23,033 nucleotides of DNA from Candidatus Aenigmatarchaeota archaeon (GCA_038999435.1 JAVZYR010000009.1:1-23033), one strand, 5' to 3'. Shown: positions 8,311 through 16,724, counted from the first letter of the stretch. The notes: a model not told the origin generated them from the letters alone. Made by a program: numbers and translations.

Positions 8311-9183
8311 ATGGCTATCCCTGAAAAAATCATCTCTGAGATAAAAAATCTTAAGATACAGGGCGCAAGGGCTGTTGCGCTTGCAGGCCTTAAAGCGATG
8401 GAGGCTGTGATAAAAACTGCAAAAGATATTAAAGAGGTAAAGACATATTCTCAGAAGATTGCGAGTGCAAGACCAACCGAGCCATCACTTAGAAATGCAA
8501 TTACATATGTGATTATGAAAGTAGAGCAGGCAGGTAATCTTCAGGCAGCTAAAAAAGCAGGTATTGCTGCGTGTGCTGAGTACAGGAAAAGGCTTGAAGA
8601 AAGTTTAGATATGATAGCCGAAATTGGAGCAGGACTGATTGAAGATGGGGACACAATTTTGACACATTGTCATGCAAGTTCTGTTATGGTTATTTTGAAG
8701 AGGGCAAAAAAGAAGGGTAAAAAATTTGATGTGATTGTTACAGAGACAAGGCCACTTTATCAGGGCCTGATAACAGCAAAGGAACTACTTGCAGCAAAGA
8801 TACCAGTTATCTATTGCGTAGATTCGGCAATCGGATGGGTAATGAAAAAAGTGGATAAGGTGCTTGTTGGTTGTGATGCAATACTTGCTGATGGTTCCAT
8901 TGTAAACAAGATAGGAACATTCCCTATAGCAATCACTGCAAAGGCATTTAGCACACCATTTTTTGTCTCTGCAGGTACATACAAATTTGACCCTCAAACA
9001 GTCCTTGGGATAAGAGAGATAATCGAGGAAAGGGCCCCAAAAGAAATAATCGAAGAGAAAAAGCTTAAGGGTGCAAAAATCATAAATCCCGCCTTCGATA
9101 TCACACCACCAGAATACATTCATGCACTGATAACAGAAAAAGGTATTATCAGGCCAGAGCTTGTACGGGAGATAATGCTATAG
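8311..9183 (+). CDS. Ribose-1,5-bisphosphate isomerase (eIF-2B alpha/beta/delta family)
   Basis: Motifs KIQGA, ARPTEP, LTHCHAS (catalytic Cys), TETRP..QG, VGCDAI...NKIGT (catalytic Asp) and NPAFDITP...LITEKG. MtnA or another e2b paralog is not excluded. Confidence 0.8.
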   Translation: MAIPEKIISEIKNLKIQGARAVALAGLKAMEAVIKTAKDIKEVKTYSQKIASARPTEPSLRNAITYVIMKVEQAGNLQAAKKAGIAACAEYRKRLEESLDMIAEIGAGLIEDGDTILTHCHASSVMVILKRAKKKGKKFDVIVTETRPLYQGLITAKELLAAKIPVIYCVDSAIGWVMKKVDKVLVGCDAILADGSIVNKIGTFPIAITAKAFSTPFFVSAGTYKFDPQTVLGIREIIEERAPKEIIEEKKLKGAKIINPAFDITPPEYIHALITEKGIIRPELVREIML

Positions 9184-9184
9184 T

Positions 9185-9192
9185 TTTAAATA
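9185..9192 (+). promoter_or_regulatory. Putative TATA box for the mevalonate operon (leaderless)
   Basis: TTTAAATA 18-25 nt upstream of the mvaD ATG in a 26-bp spacer. Confidence 0.45.
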
Positions 9193-9209
9193 AGGTTTCA
9201 ATTTTATTT

Positions 9210-10205
9210 ATGAAAGCCAGTGCTATAGCTAATACAAATATAGCCTTGATAAAATATTGGGGAAAGCGTGATAAGAAACTTTTCCTGCCATATAATAGCT
9301 CAATATCTGTCACTTTGGAAGGCCTTTTTAGCCACACAACTGTTGAATTTGACAAAAAATATAGAAGTGATATCTTTATCTTGAATGGCAAAGAGCTAAA
9401 ATTTGGCAATGAGTACAATGAGGTTGTGAGCCATCTTGAAATGATAAGGCAGGTTGCAGGCATATCCGAAAAGGCAAAGGTTGTTTCGATGAACAATTTT
9501 CCAACAGCAGCTGGTTTAGCATCTTCTGCTTCTGGTCTTGCTGCACTTACTCTTGCAAGCACAGCTGCAGCAGGTTTAGACTTGGATAAAAAGCAGCTGT
9601 CAATACTTGCAAGGAGAGGTTCTGGTTCTGCTAGCAGATCGATAGAGGGCGGTTTTGTGGAATGGCAAAAAGGAAAAAGGGCAGATGGTATGGATAGCTA
9701 TGCAATCCAGCTTGCACCACCCCAACATTGGCCTGAATTTAGAATGGTGATAACAATCACATCAAGAAAGGAGAAAAAAATAAAATCCAGAGCAGGCATG
9801 GCCCAGACTGTTGTTACATCACCAATGTATAAAGCCTGGCTTGAAACAATAGAGGATGATTTGAAAAAAATGAGAAGGGCAATAAAGGAAAAGGATTTTC
9901 AGTTATTAGGACAGACCGCAGAAGCAAATTGCCTTAAGATGCACGCCACGATGATAACAACAAGGCCACCAATCATTTATTGGAACGCCGGTACCATGAC
10001 TGTTGTCCATTCTGTGATGGAATGGAGAGAGCAAGGTATAGAAAGCTATTTTACAATCGATGCAGGGCCACAGGTAAAGATTATATGCTTAGAAAAGAAT
10101 GTTGGCGAGATTGTAAAAAGGCTAAGGGATCTCCCCGGTATTGAAGATGTGATTGTGACAAGACCGGGTGGACCAGCAAAATTAACAAAAAAGCATCTGT
10201 TTTGA
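9210..10205 (+). CDS. mvaD: Diphosphomevalonate decarboxylase
   Basis: Motifs NIALIKYWGKRD, SSISVTL, NNFPTAAGLASSASG, RRGSGSASRS, KSRAGM and TIDAGPQV. Confidence 0.93.
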   Translation: MKASAIANTNIALIKYWGKRDKKLFLPYNSSISVTLEGLFSHTTVEFDKKYRSDIFILNGKELKFGNEYNEVVSHLEMIRQVAGISEKAKVVSMNNFPTAAGLASSASGLAALTLASTAAAGLDLDKKQLSILARRGSGSASRSIEGGFVEWQKGKRADGMDSYAIQLAPPQHWPEFRMVITITSRKEKKIKSRAGMAQTVVTSPMYKAWLETIEDDLKKMRRAIKEKDFQLLGQTAEANCLKMHATMITTRPPIIYWNAGTMTVVHSVMEWREQGIESYFTIDAGPQVKIICLEKNVGEIVKRLRDLPGIEDVIVTRPGGPAKLTKKHLF

Positions 10206-10206
10206 T

Positions 10207-11238
10207 ATGGCTCTTGTTTCTGCACCCGGAAAAGTTTATTTGATTGGAGAACATGCAGTTGTGTATGGTAAACCAGCCATAATTGCAGCTGTTGGACTTA
10301 GAACAAAAGTAGATATAGAGGACAATAAGGATATCATCTACATAGACAAGGCATGGCCAGACATCAAACATGTATGGCCAATTGAAAAGGTTTATAAAAT
10401 AACCGAGAAGACAGCCACACTTTGGAGAAGATGTAGTAAAAAATCTGATTTTAAAGAACTTTTTAATTTTGTAAAAATGAATAACTATGAAAATTATAGG
10501 GCATCTGTTCTTGGAATAGCAATGAAAGAACTTGAAATTGATAGCGGTTTTAAACTTATAATAGATAGCGCAATCCCATTAGGGTCAGGCCTTGGCTCTT
10601 CGTCTTCAAGGGCAGTTGCAATCACGTATGCGTTGGCAAGATATTTTGGTAAAGAGGCACCTCTTGACAGGATAAATGAAATTGCATATGAGCAGGAAAA
10701 AATTATACATGGCACACCAAGTGGCGGGGATAATAGTACATGCTGTTATGGTGGTCTTATTTGGTTCAAAAAAAGTCAACCAAAGAATGAAATAAAATCA
10801 CTAAGGGAAGAAATTCCTTATGAGCTTGAAAATTTCATTCTTGTGAATTCAGGCATACCTGAAAAGACAACAGGAGAGCTCGTTCAGATGGTAAGAAATC
10901 TTGATGAAAAGATAAGGAATCCAAGGATTGAGCAGATTGGAAAAATGACATATGAGATGAGAGACGTTTTGAAGAAAAAAGATTTTGATAGGATGATTGA
11001 GATAATAAATCTAACACAGAAAAATCTATCAGAGCTTGGCCTTTCAACAGCCAACATAGACAAGATATATTCTACTGTTAAAGAGGCAGGAGGGGCTGCG
11101 AAGCTGTGCGGTGCTGGTGGAGGAGGTATTGTGTTATGCTATCATAAAAACAGGTTGAAATTAAAAAAACTGATTACAGATATTGGCTTTCAACCAATCG
11201 AAACAGAACTTGGTGTTGAGGGTGTGAGACGGGAATGA
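10207..11238 (+). CDS. mvk: Mevalonate kinase
   Basis: Motifs SAPGKVYLIGEHAVVYGKPAI, IPLGSGLGSS, HGTPSGGD and KLCGAGGGG. Confidence 0.93.
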   Translation: MALVSAPGKVYLIGEHAVVYGKPAIIAAVGLRTKVDIEDNKDIIYIDKAWPDIKHVWPIEKVYKITEKTATLWRRCSKKSDFKELFNFVKMNNYENYRASVLGIAMKELEIDSGFKLIIDSAIPLGSGLGSSSSRAVAITYALARYFGKEAPLDRINEIAYEQEKIIHGTPSGGDNSTCCYGGLIWFKKSQPKNEIKSLREEIPYELENFILVNSGIPEKTTGELVQMVRNLDEKIRNPRIEQIGKMTYEMRDVLKKKDFDRMIEIINLTQKNLSELGLSTANIDKIYSTVKEAGGAAKLCGAGGGGIVLCYHKNRLKLKKLITDIGFQPIETELGVEGVRRE

Positions 11239-12347
11239 AAAGATTAAAAATCAGCGCACCAGGCAAACTGATGTTGGCAGGTGAATGGGCGATATTGGAA
11301 ATGGGCAATCCAGGTCTTATTGCTGCTGTAAATAAGAGGGTGTGGGTTGAGATAGAGCCAACCAATAAAATAATCATTAACATAAAAGATTTTGATATTG
11401 AAAATTTGGGTGCAATATTCGATGGCAAAGAGTTGAAATGGGAAAGGGGACTTACAGAAAAAGAAAAAATTGATACACAATTTATTAAAGGTGCAATCGA
11501 GACAACATTAAAATACTTAGGAAGATGGCATAATTTTAAAATCATTTCTTGGGGTGAGCAAAACCAAATAGAGATTGATGGCAAATCCAAAAAAATTGGT
11601 TTTGGTAGTTCAGCTGCATCTGTAGTTGCAACCGTTGCTGCTCTACTGAAGATGCATGGTCAGGATATTGCAAGTATGCAGGCAAAAGAAAGGATATACA
11701 AACTCGCAACCATAGCCCATTATTTTGTACAAGGAAAGCTGGGCTCTGGATTTGATGTTGCTGCAGCAACATTCGGAGGCGTTTTTGTATACAAAAGATT
11801 TGATTCTGCCTGGCTTGTGCAACAAATTGAAAGCGGAAAATCGATAAAAGAGATTGTTGAAAAAAAATGGCCAGGTCTATATATTGAGCAGTTAGATATA
11901 CCAAAAAGGCTTAAGTTAATTGTTGGTTGGACAAGGTCATCTGCTTCTACAACAGCAATGATAAGGCAGATGGAGGATTTTAAAATGAGTCAGTTTGCTG
12001 AGTATAAAAGGATATTTAGCAACATCGCAAAAACTGTAGAAATATTGATTGAAAATTGGAAAAAAGGTAATAGGGAAGGAATTTTGACTTGTATAAAGAA
12101 GAACAGGGCCCTTTTGCAAGAACTTACAAAAAAATCAGACATACCAATAGAGACAGAGGAGCTAAAGAGGTTAGCAGACCTGGCTGAGCAGGTTGGAGCT
12201 GCAGGGAAACTATCAGGGGCAGGTGGAGGAGATTGCGGTATAGCAATCTGTTTTGATGCAAAGACAGAAAAAGAGATTAAGAAAAGATGGACAGAAGCAG
12301 GGCTTTGGCCATTAGATGTAAAAATAGACAAAAATGGTGTGAAATGA
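11235..12347 (+). CDS. mvaK2: Phosphomevalonate kinase (GHMP, ERG8/MvaK2 type)
   Basis: Motifs APGKLMLAGEWAIL, KIGFGSSAA, GSGFDVAAATFGG and KLSGAGGGDCGI. ATGA overlap with mvk. Confidence 0.9.
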   Translation: MKRLKISAPGKLMLAGEWAILEMGNPGLIAAVNKRVWVEIEPTNKIIINIKDFDIENLGAIFDGKELKWERGLTEKEKIDTQFIKGAIETTLKYLGRWHNFKIISWGEQNQIEIDGKSKKIGFGSSAASVVATVAALLKMHGQDIASMQAKERIYKLATIAHYFVQGKLGSGFDVAAATFGGVFVYKRFDSAWLVQQIESGKSIKEIVEKKWPGLYIEQLDIPKRLKLIVGWTRSSASTTAMIRQMEDFKMSQFAEYKRIFSNIAKTVEILIENWKKGNREGILTCIKKNRALLQELTKKSDIPIETEELKRLADLAEQVGAAGKLSGAGGGDCGIAICFDAKTEKEIKKRWTEAGLWPLDVKIDKNGVK

Positions 12348-12348
12348 T

Positions 12349-12450
12349 TGGGGCCGCTGGGACTCGAACCCAGAGGAGCCGGTTTCTTCAATCACGAATC
12401 ATAGCTCCATATTCTGGAGCCGGCCAGGTTGCCAATTACCTCACGGCCCC
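12349..12450 (-). tRNA. tRNA-Trp(CCA) with a 30-nt intron at 37/38 (intron 12384-12413)
   Basis: Folded by hand: acceptor GGGGCCG/CGGCCCC, D stem AGGT/ACCT, anticodon stem GCCGG/CCGGC, loop CT-CCA-G^A, T arm CTGGG-TTCGAGT-CCCAG. No encoded 3' CCA. Confidence 0.95.
12384..12413 (-). ncRNA. tRNA-Trp intron, putative minimal D'/C' box methylation guide
   Basis: Intron AATATGGAGCT-ATGA-TTC-GTGATTG-AAGAA. TGGAGCT is complementary to the tRNA's own GGCTCCA. Confidence 0.6.
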
Positions 12451-12482
12451 GATAAATAGAATTATAGTAATTTATTAAATAT

Positions 12483-12555
12483 GCCTCGGTAGCTCAGTTG
12501 GTAGAGCGTTGCCTTGGTAAGGCAAAGGTCGCGGGTTCAATCCCCGCCCGAGGCT
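12483..12555 (+). tRNA. tRNA-Thr(GGT)
   Basis: Acceptor GCCTCGG/CCGAGGC, D stem GCTC/GAGC, anticodon arm TTGCC-TTGGTAA-GGCAA, T arm GCGGG-TTCAATC-CCCGC. 73 nt, no intron, no encoded CCA. Confidence 0.97.
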
Positions 12556-13664
12556 TATACCTCTTTTAAATCATCTGGACTCAATTCTGGAAGCCCTTCT
12601 GTCTCAGCATCTACAGGTAAAATCTCAATTTTAAATTTCTCAAGGCCTTCTGCAACATTTTTTAAAAATTCCGAGATCTCTGAAAAAAACATAAAAATGG
12701 GTATGTTTCTGTTTGCATAATTTACATGGCCCATGAGCGATTCATTTTGCCTCATTATTTCTAATTCAGAAAGTTCATTCAATATCTCTTCCTTTTTTCT
12801 GTCATTTATATAAAAATTGAGTATGTCATTTGCAATCTGCGCATATTTTGAGATATATTTGCTTGTATTTGTGGGTAGAAGCCCTCCATGATATTCTTTT
12901 TCAAATCCAAGCTGTTGCAAAACTAACACAAGTGATGTAAAGTCATCCTTACCATTTTCTATACCATTTGTTCCAAGCTCATTTATCACTTTCAAAACTT
13001 TTTCTCTGTAATATTCAAATTCAAATGCAGAACAGCCCCTATCAAAATCAATGTATAGATATGTGGGTATTGAGGCAAGTGCATTCCTAAATTCTTCAAT
13101 TGCCTTCCAATTTGGCTTTTTAGTCCCTTTCTTTGCTTCATCAGATTTTAAGAGAAAATTGTGAAGCGTGTTTAAAAATCTTGAAGGCTCTCTATAAAAC
13201 ATATCTTTCCATTTGTTTATCTCTCTTTTATAGAAACCATCTGTTTCTACATTTGCAATTGTTTGGATAAAATCTGTTAAATACTTGCTTATAGAAAATG
13301 CCCTTTCAATCTCTCTATAACTCCTTTCTGCTGTGACCTGTTTTCTGAGATGAGCAAATTGTTCAGCTATACCTACAAGCTCTGATAGTTGATTTTCGTT
13401 AAAATAAAAATTTTTACCATTTTTTTGCTCATCTCTTATTTTATATATCAATTCTTGCCTTCTGTCAGCATAGGTTTTTGTTTTTTGGTAAAAAACATCT
13501 GGTTTGAATTCAAGCAGGTTCTCAAGAGGCGTTTTTTTGTCATCGACTACAAAAACTTCTTTCTTTCCGAAATAAAGCTCTTTCAATCCGTCCTGAAATT
13601 CTACTGGATACTGCCTTAGATCAAAGCCATATACAAGTTCAGATATGTTATAATCTTCACTCAT
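12555..13664 (-). CDS. Hypothetical soluble protein, probably helical
   Basis: 369-aa open frame with no recognised motif. A TTTAAATA box lies about 20-27 nt upstream of the ATG. The stop overlaps the tRNA-Thr discriminator base. Confidence 0.8.
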   Translation of the reverse strand: MSEDYNISELVYGFDLRQYPVEFQDGLKELYFGKKEVFVVDDKKTPLENLLEFKPDVFYQKTKTYADRRQELIYKIRDEQKNGKNFYFNENQLSELVGIAEQFAHLRKQVTAERSYREIERAFSISKYLTDFIQTIANVETDGFYKREINKWKDMFYREPSRFLNTLHNFLLKSDEAKKGTKKPNWKAIEEFRNALASIPTYLYIDFDRGCSAFEFEYYREKVLKVINELGTNGIENGKDDFTSLVLVLQQLGFEKEYHGGLLPTNTSKYISKYAQIANDILNFYINDRKKEEILNELSELEIMRQNESLMGHVNYANRNIPIFMFFSEISEFLKNVAEGLEKFKIEILPVDAETEGLPELSPDDLKEV

Positions 13665-13770
13665 AAGTAGTATAAATTGCTATATTTAAATACCTATCGG
13701 CGCAGCCTCATCTAAGCCTCTAACCGTCTTTTTAAGGCAAATCCCTAATCTATAAATAGATTTGTAAAAC

Positions 13771-14859
13771 TTATATAAATTCAACATCAAGTATCTTCGC
13801 TATCTCTTTCTTCCTTTCTGCGGACAGGGATTTTGTAGGCCCAAATATCTGTGGGGATTTAACACCTGTCACGATTATCATTGAGCGCACAGTATCCTTC
13901 AACTCCTTTATAATCTGTGCACCCCATATAATCTTTGCATCAGGCGATATCCTAGAAGCAACTGTCTGAACGATTGTTTGACATTCTTTTATCGTTACAT
14001 CTGTACCTCCTGAAACATTTATCAGCGCACCTGTTGCCCCTTCAATATCAACATCAAGCAATGGATTGTTCAATGCCTTCTCTATTGACTCTATTGCCCT
14101 GTTTTCTGTATCAGACTCACCCATACCTATCATGGCAATGCCACCAGAGCCCATTACAGCCCTTATATCGGCAAAATCAAGATTGACGAGACCTGGTTTT
14201 GTTATCAGCTCTGCTATGCCCTTTACTGCATTTACTAGCACCTCATCTGCAATCTTGAATGCAGTTGTGATTGAAACATCAGGCACGATTTCAAGAAGCT
14301 TATCATTTGGTATCACAATCAATGTATCAACAACACCCTCAAGGTTTTCCAACCCTTCTTGTGCATTCTTTGAGCGTTGTATACCTTCCATTGTGAATGG
14401 TAATGTTACAACAGCAACAGTTAATGCACCTATTTTTTTGGCTACTTCTGCAACAATTGGGCTTCCACCAGTTCCTGTACCACCACCAAGTCCACATGTA
14501 ATGAAAACCATATCTGCACCTTCTAGAACCTTTTTTATATCATCCTTTGACTCCTTTGCAGCCTCCATACCAACCTTTGGATCAGCACCTGCACCAAGTC
14601 CACCTGTCAATTCTTTTCCAACCAACACCTTTCTATCTGCATCTGTATACAAAAGGTCTTGAGCATCTGTGTTTATTGCTATAGTCTCTGCACCAACTAT
14701 TCCAACCTGCATAAGTCGTGAGATTGTGTTATTTCCAGCACCACCAACACCAACAACCTTTATCTCAGCCTTTCTTGATTCTAAAATTTTCCTTAGTTCT
14801 TCATCAACATTACTTGTCTTGGATTCTCTCTCAGGTCTGTCGTATAGAAATTCAGCCAT
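13771..14859 (-). CDS. ftsZ: Cell division protein FtsZ
   Basis: Motifs VVGVGGAGNN, AINTDAQ, GLGGGTGTG, IPNDKL and NLDFAD. Confidence 0.97.
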   Translation of the reverse strand: MAEFLYDRPERESKTSNVDEELRKILESRKAEIKVVGVGGAGNNTISRLMQVGIVGAETIAINTDAQDLLYTDADRKVLVGKELTGGLGAGADPKVGMEAAKESKDDIKKVLEGADMVFITCGLGGGTGTGGSPIVAEVAKKIGALTVAVVTLPFTMEGIQRSKNAQEGLENLEGVVDTLIVIPNDKLLEIVPDVSITTAFKIADEVLVNAVKGIAELITKPGLVNLDFADIRAVMGSGGIAMIGMGESDTENRAIESIEKALNNPLLDVDIEGATGALINVSGGTDVTIKECQTIVQTVASRISPDAKIIWGAQIIKELKDTVRSMIIVTGVKSPQIFGPTKSLSAERKKEIAKILDVEFI

Positions 14860-14887
14860 ACTGATTAAAAGAATGGTTTTAAGATTT

Positions 14888-15127
14888 TTAAACCTTTTCC
14901 TTATTCTTTTTTAACATATCATCTATAAAGCATACAGTGCCATATAAAACAGGTATGATGCTGCCTACAAGAAGAAAAAACTCAATGCCAGCCTCGCTGT
15001 AGCTATCTATAGTTATCTTTACTGCCTTCTCAGGGCTTGTCCATGCAGTCATGAATGTGAGAAGTAGAACTATGTAAACTGTCAGATATATACTAAGCGT
15101 GAATAGCCTAATGATAACACCTTTCAT
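14888..15127 (-). CDS. Small two-TM membrane protein
   Basis: 79 aa with two hydrophobic segments flanking SPEKAVKITIDSYSEA. It fills the gap between slyD and ftsZ on the same strand. Confidence 0.7.
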   Translation of the reverse strand: MKGVIIRLFTLSIYLTVYIVLLLTFMTAWTSPEKAVKITIDSYSEAGIEFFLLVGSIIPVLYGTVCFIDDMLKKNKEKV

Positions 15128-15157
15128 TCATTAAAATTAAAGTAAAAGTTTTTAAAT

Positions 15158-15793
15158 TTATGCCTTCAAAGTGGTAAATTTTATATTTTCTATCCCTTTT
15201 ATCTGAGAAAGGTCATTTTTTATTTTTTCCTCAACTGCCTTATCCAGCACTTTTTCAGTGATAATTTCAACATTACCAGCCTCAAACTTTACATCTGCCT
15301 TCACACCAATATATTCAAGATATGCCCTTACCTTATCCTCAGCCCGTTCTATTTTCTCAACAACCTTGACATCGTAAACTACAGTCTTGCCTGCCAATGG
15401 ATGATTAAAATCAACCCTTACCCTACCACCAGATACTGATTGTATTTTAGCAAGTATGCCGTCGATATCAACAAGCATGCCTGGTGCAGGATTTATTTTT
15501 TGCTTTAAAAAATGGGCTATTGGTATTATCTTTATAAATGCAGGATTTCTAATTCCGAATGCATTTTCAAGCTCTATTCGCCTTTCTTCACCAACAGACA
15601 TCTTTTTTATCTCATCTTCGAGTGCAGGTAATATCATATGCTTACCTAAAATTACAAGCCTTGGGCCATATCTCTGCTTTTGGTCATATATACCCAGGGC
15701 CCTTGCTTCCTGCTCCGATGTAAGGTCAAAGACCTCACCTGTTGCCTTTACACGCCCTGTGAAATCAATCCTTATCCAATCTCCATCTTCCAT
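15158..15793 (-). CDS. slyD: FKBP-type peptidyl-prolyl isomerase (SlyD-like, archaeal long form)
   Basis: Motifs GDWIRIDFTG....GEVFD, AFG.R and GGRVRVDFNHPLAGK. Confidence 0.92.
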   Translation of the reverse strand: MEDGDWIRIDFTGRVKATGEVFDLTSEQEARALGIYDQKQRYGPRLVILGKHMILPALEDEIKKMSVGEERRIELENAFGIRNPAFIKIIPIAHFLKQKINPAPGMLVDIDGILAKIQSVSGGRVRVDFNHPLAGKTVVYDVKVVEKIERAEDKVRAYLEYIGVKADVKFEAGNVEIITEKVLDKAVEEKIKNDLSQIKGIENIKFTTLKA

Positions 15794-15824
15794 AGCCTTA
15801 TATTTTCACAGATGATTATTAAAT

Positions 15825-16724
15825 ATGAGCCTGCTTAGGCTTGCAAAGAGCTGCAAAAATATTCTCAAGCCATTTGGCCACACAGATGTGCTACTTTTTT
15901 ATGCTATTGCCGCAAAACAGCTTGAAAGATGGCTTAAAGGAAAAGAGATTGCTGCAAAGATATGGATACCAAGTGGTCCACAGGTCCTAAAAAGAGGGAC
16001 TAAACTCGAGCCGTTGTATATCGAGGAATTCGATGTTGTGGATGAAGAATTTCTTAAGATAAGGGCTGAAAAGAATCTGGCTGATGTTAAGCAGAAGCTC
16101 AACAAGACGCAAATAAAGATATGGGAATATTTTCCTCCGCGAAAGCTTGCAGACCTATTTTATGCTACGAATAGAGAAGGGGCTGGAAAACCGATAGATA
16201 GGATTTTTTATGACATTGACCGCTCAAATCTTCCATCAGAGATAGCACAAAAAGTTACAGCTGCTTTTTTACAAACCATACAATCTGATGAGGAATTCAA
16301 TAAGCTTGTTGATTATAGGCCTTTTTTGATGTGGACAGGCCATTCATTTCATGTATATTTGATGCTTAAAAAGCCTATAACACCACAATTTTATAATCAA
16401 CATATACATTTTTCAAAGAATGAGCCTATGGCATCATTTACAGGTAGGTGGGCTGAAAAGCTAAAAAAGGAGCTTGGTATAAATATTGGAGGAGGACATG
16501 AAAAGGTACAGAACAGGATAACCCTTGACCCAAGCCAAACACCATCAGGCAAACTTGCAAGGGCACCATTTAGCCTTCACATGGCAGATGCGAGGACAGT
16601 AGATGGTGTGGCAATACCTTTAACTGCTGACATGCTAAAAAACCCAGGGCTTGTAAAGAGGCTTCAATCATACAGGCCAGAGGATGTTGTGAAAGAGATT
16701 GAGGAGCTTGCGAAAAGAATATGA
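15825..16724 (+). CDS. Archaeo-eukaryotic primase superfamily protein, LigD polymerase-domain-like, stand-alone
   Basis: Motif I DRIFYDIDR (DxD), motif II WTGHSFHVY, motif III ITLDPSQ, followed by GKLARAPFSLH and VAIPL, as in LigD PolDom. Confidence 0.75.
   Translation: MSLLRLAKSCKNILKPFGHTDVLLFYAIAAKQLERWLKGKEIAAKIWIPSGPQVLKRGTKLEPLYIEEFDVVDEEFLKIRAEKNLADVKQKLNKTQIKIWEYFPPRKLADLFYATNREGAGKPIDRIFYDIDRSNLPSEIAQKVTAAFLQTIQSDEEFNKLVDYRPFLMWTGHSFHVYLMLKKPITPQFYNQHIHFSKNEPMASFTGRWAEKLKKELGINIGGGHEKVQNRITLDPSQTPSGKLARAPFSLHMADARTVDGVAIPLTADMLKNPGLVKRLQSYRPEDVVKEIEELAKRI

Noticed and set aside
12287..12720. ORFs 12287-12478 and 12514-12720
   Set aside because: They overlap the two tRNA genes and are spurious translations.
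12483..13770. Integrated element at tRNA-Thr with attL/attR
   Set aside because: There is no integrase, and only 8-9 nt matches to the tRNA (one inverted), which is too short to call att sites.
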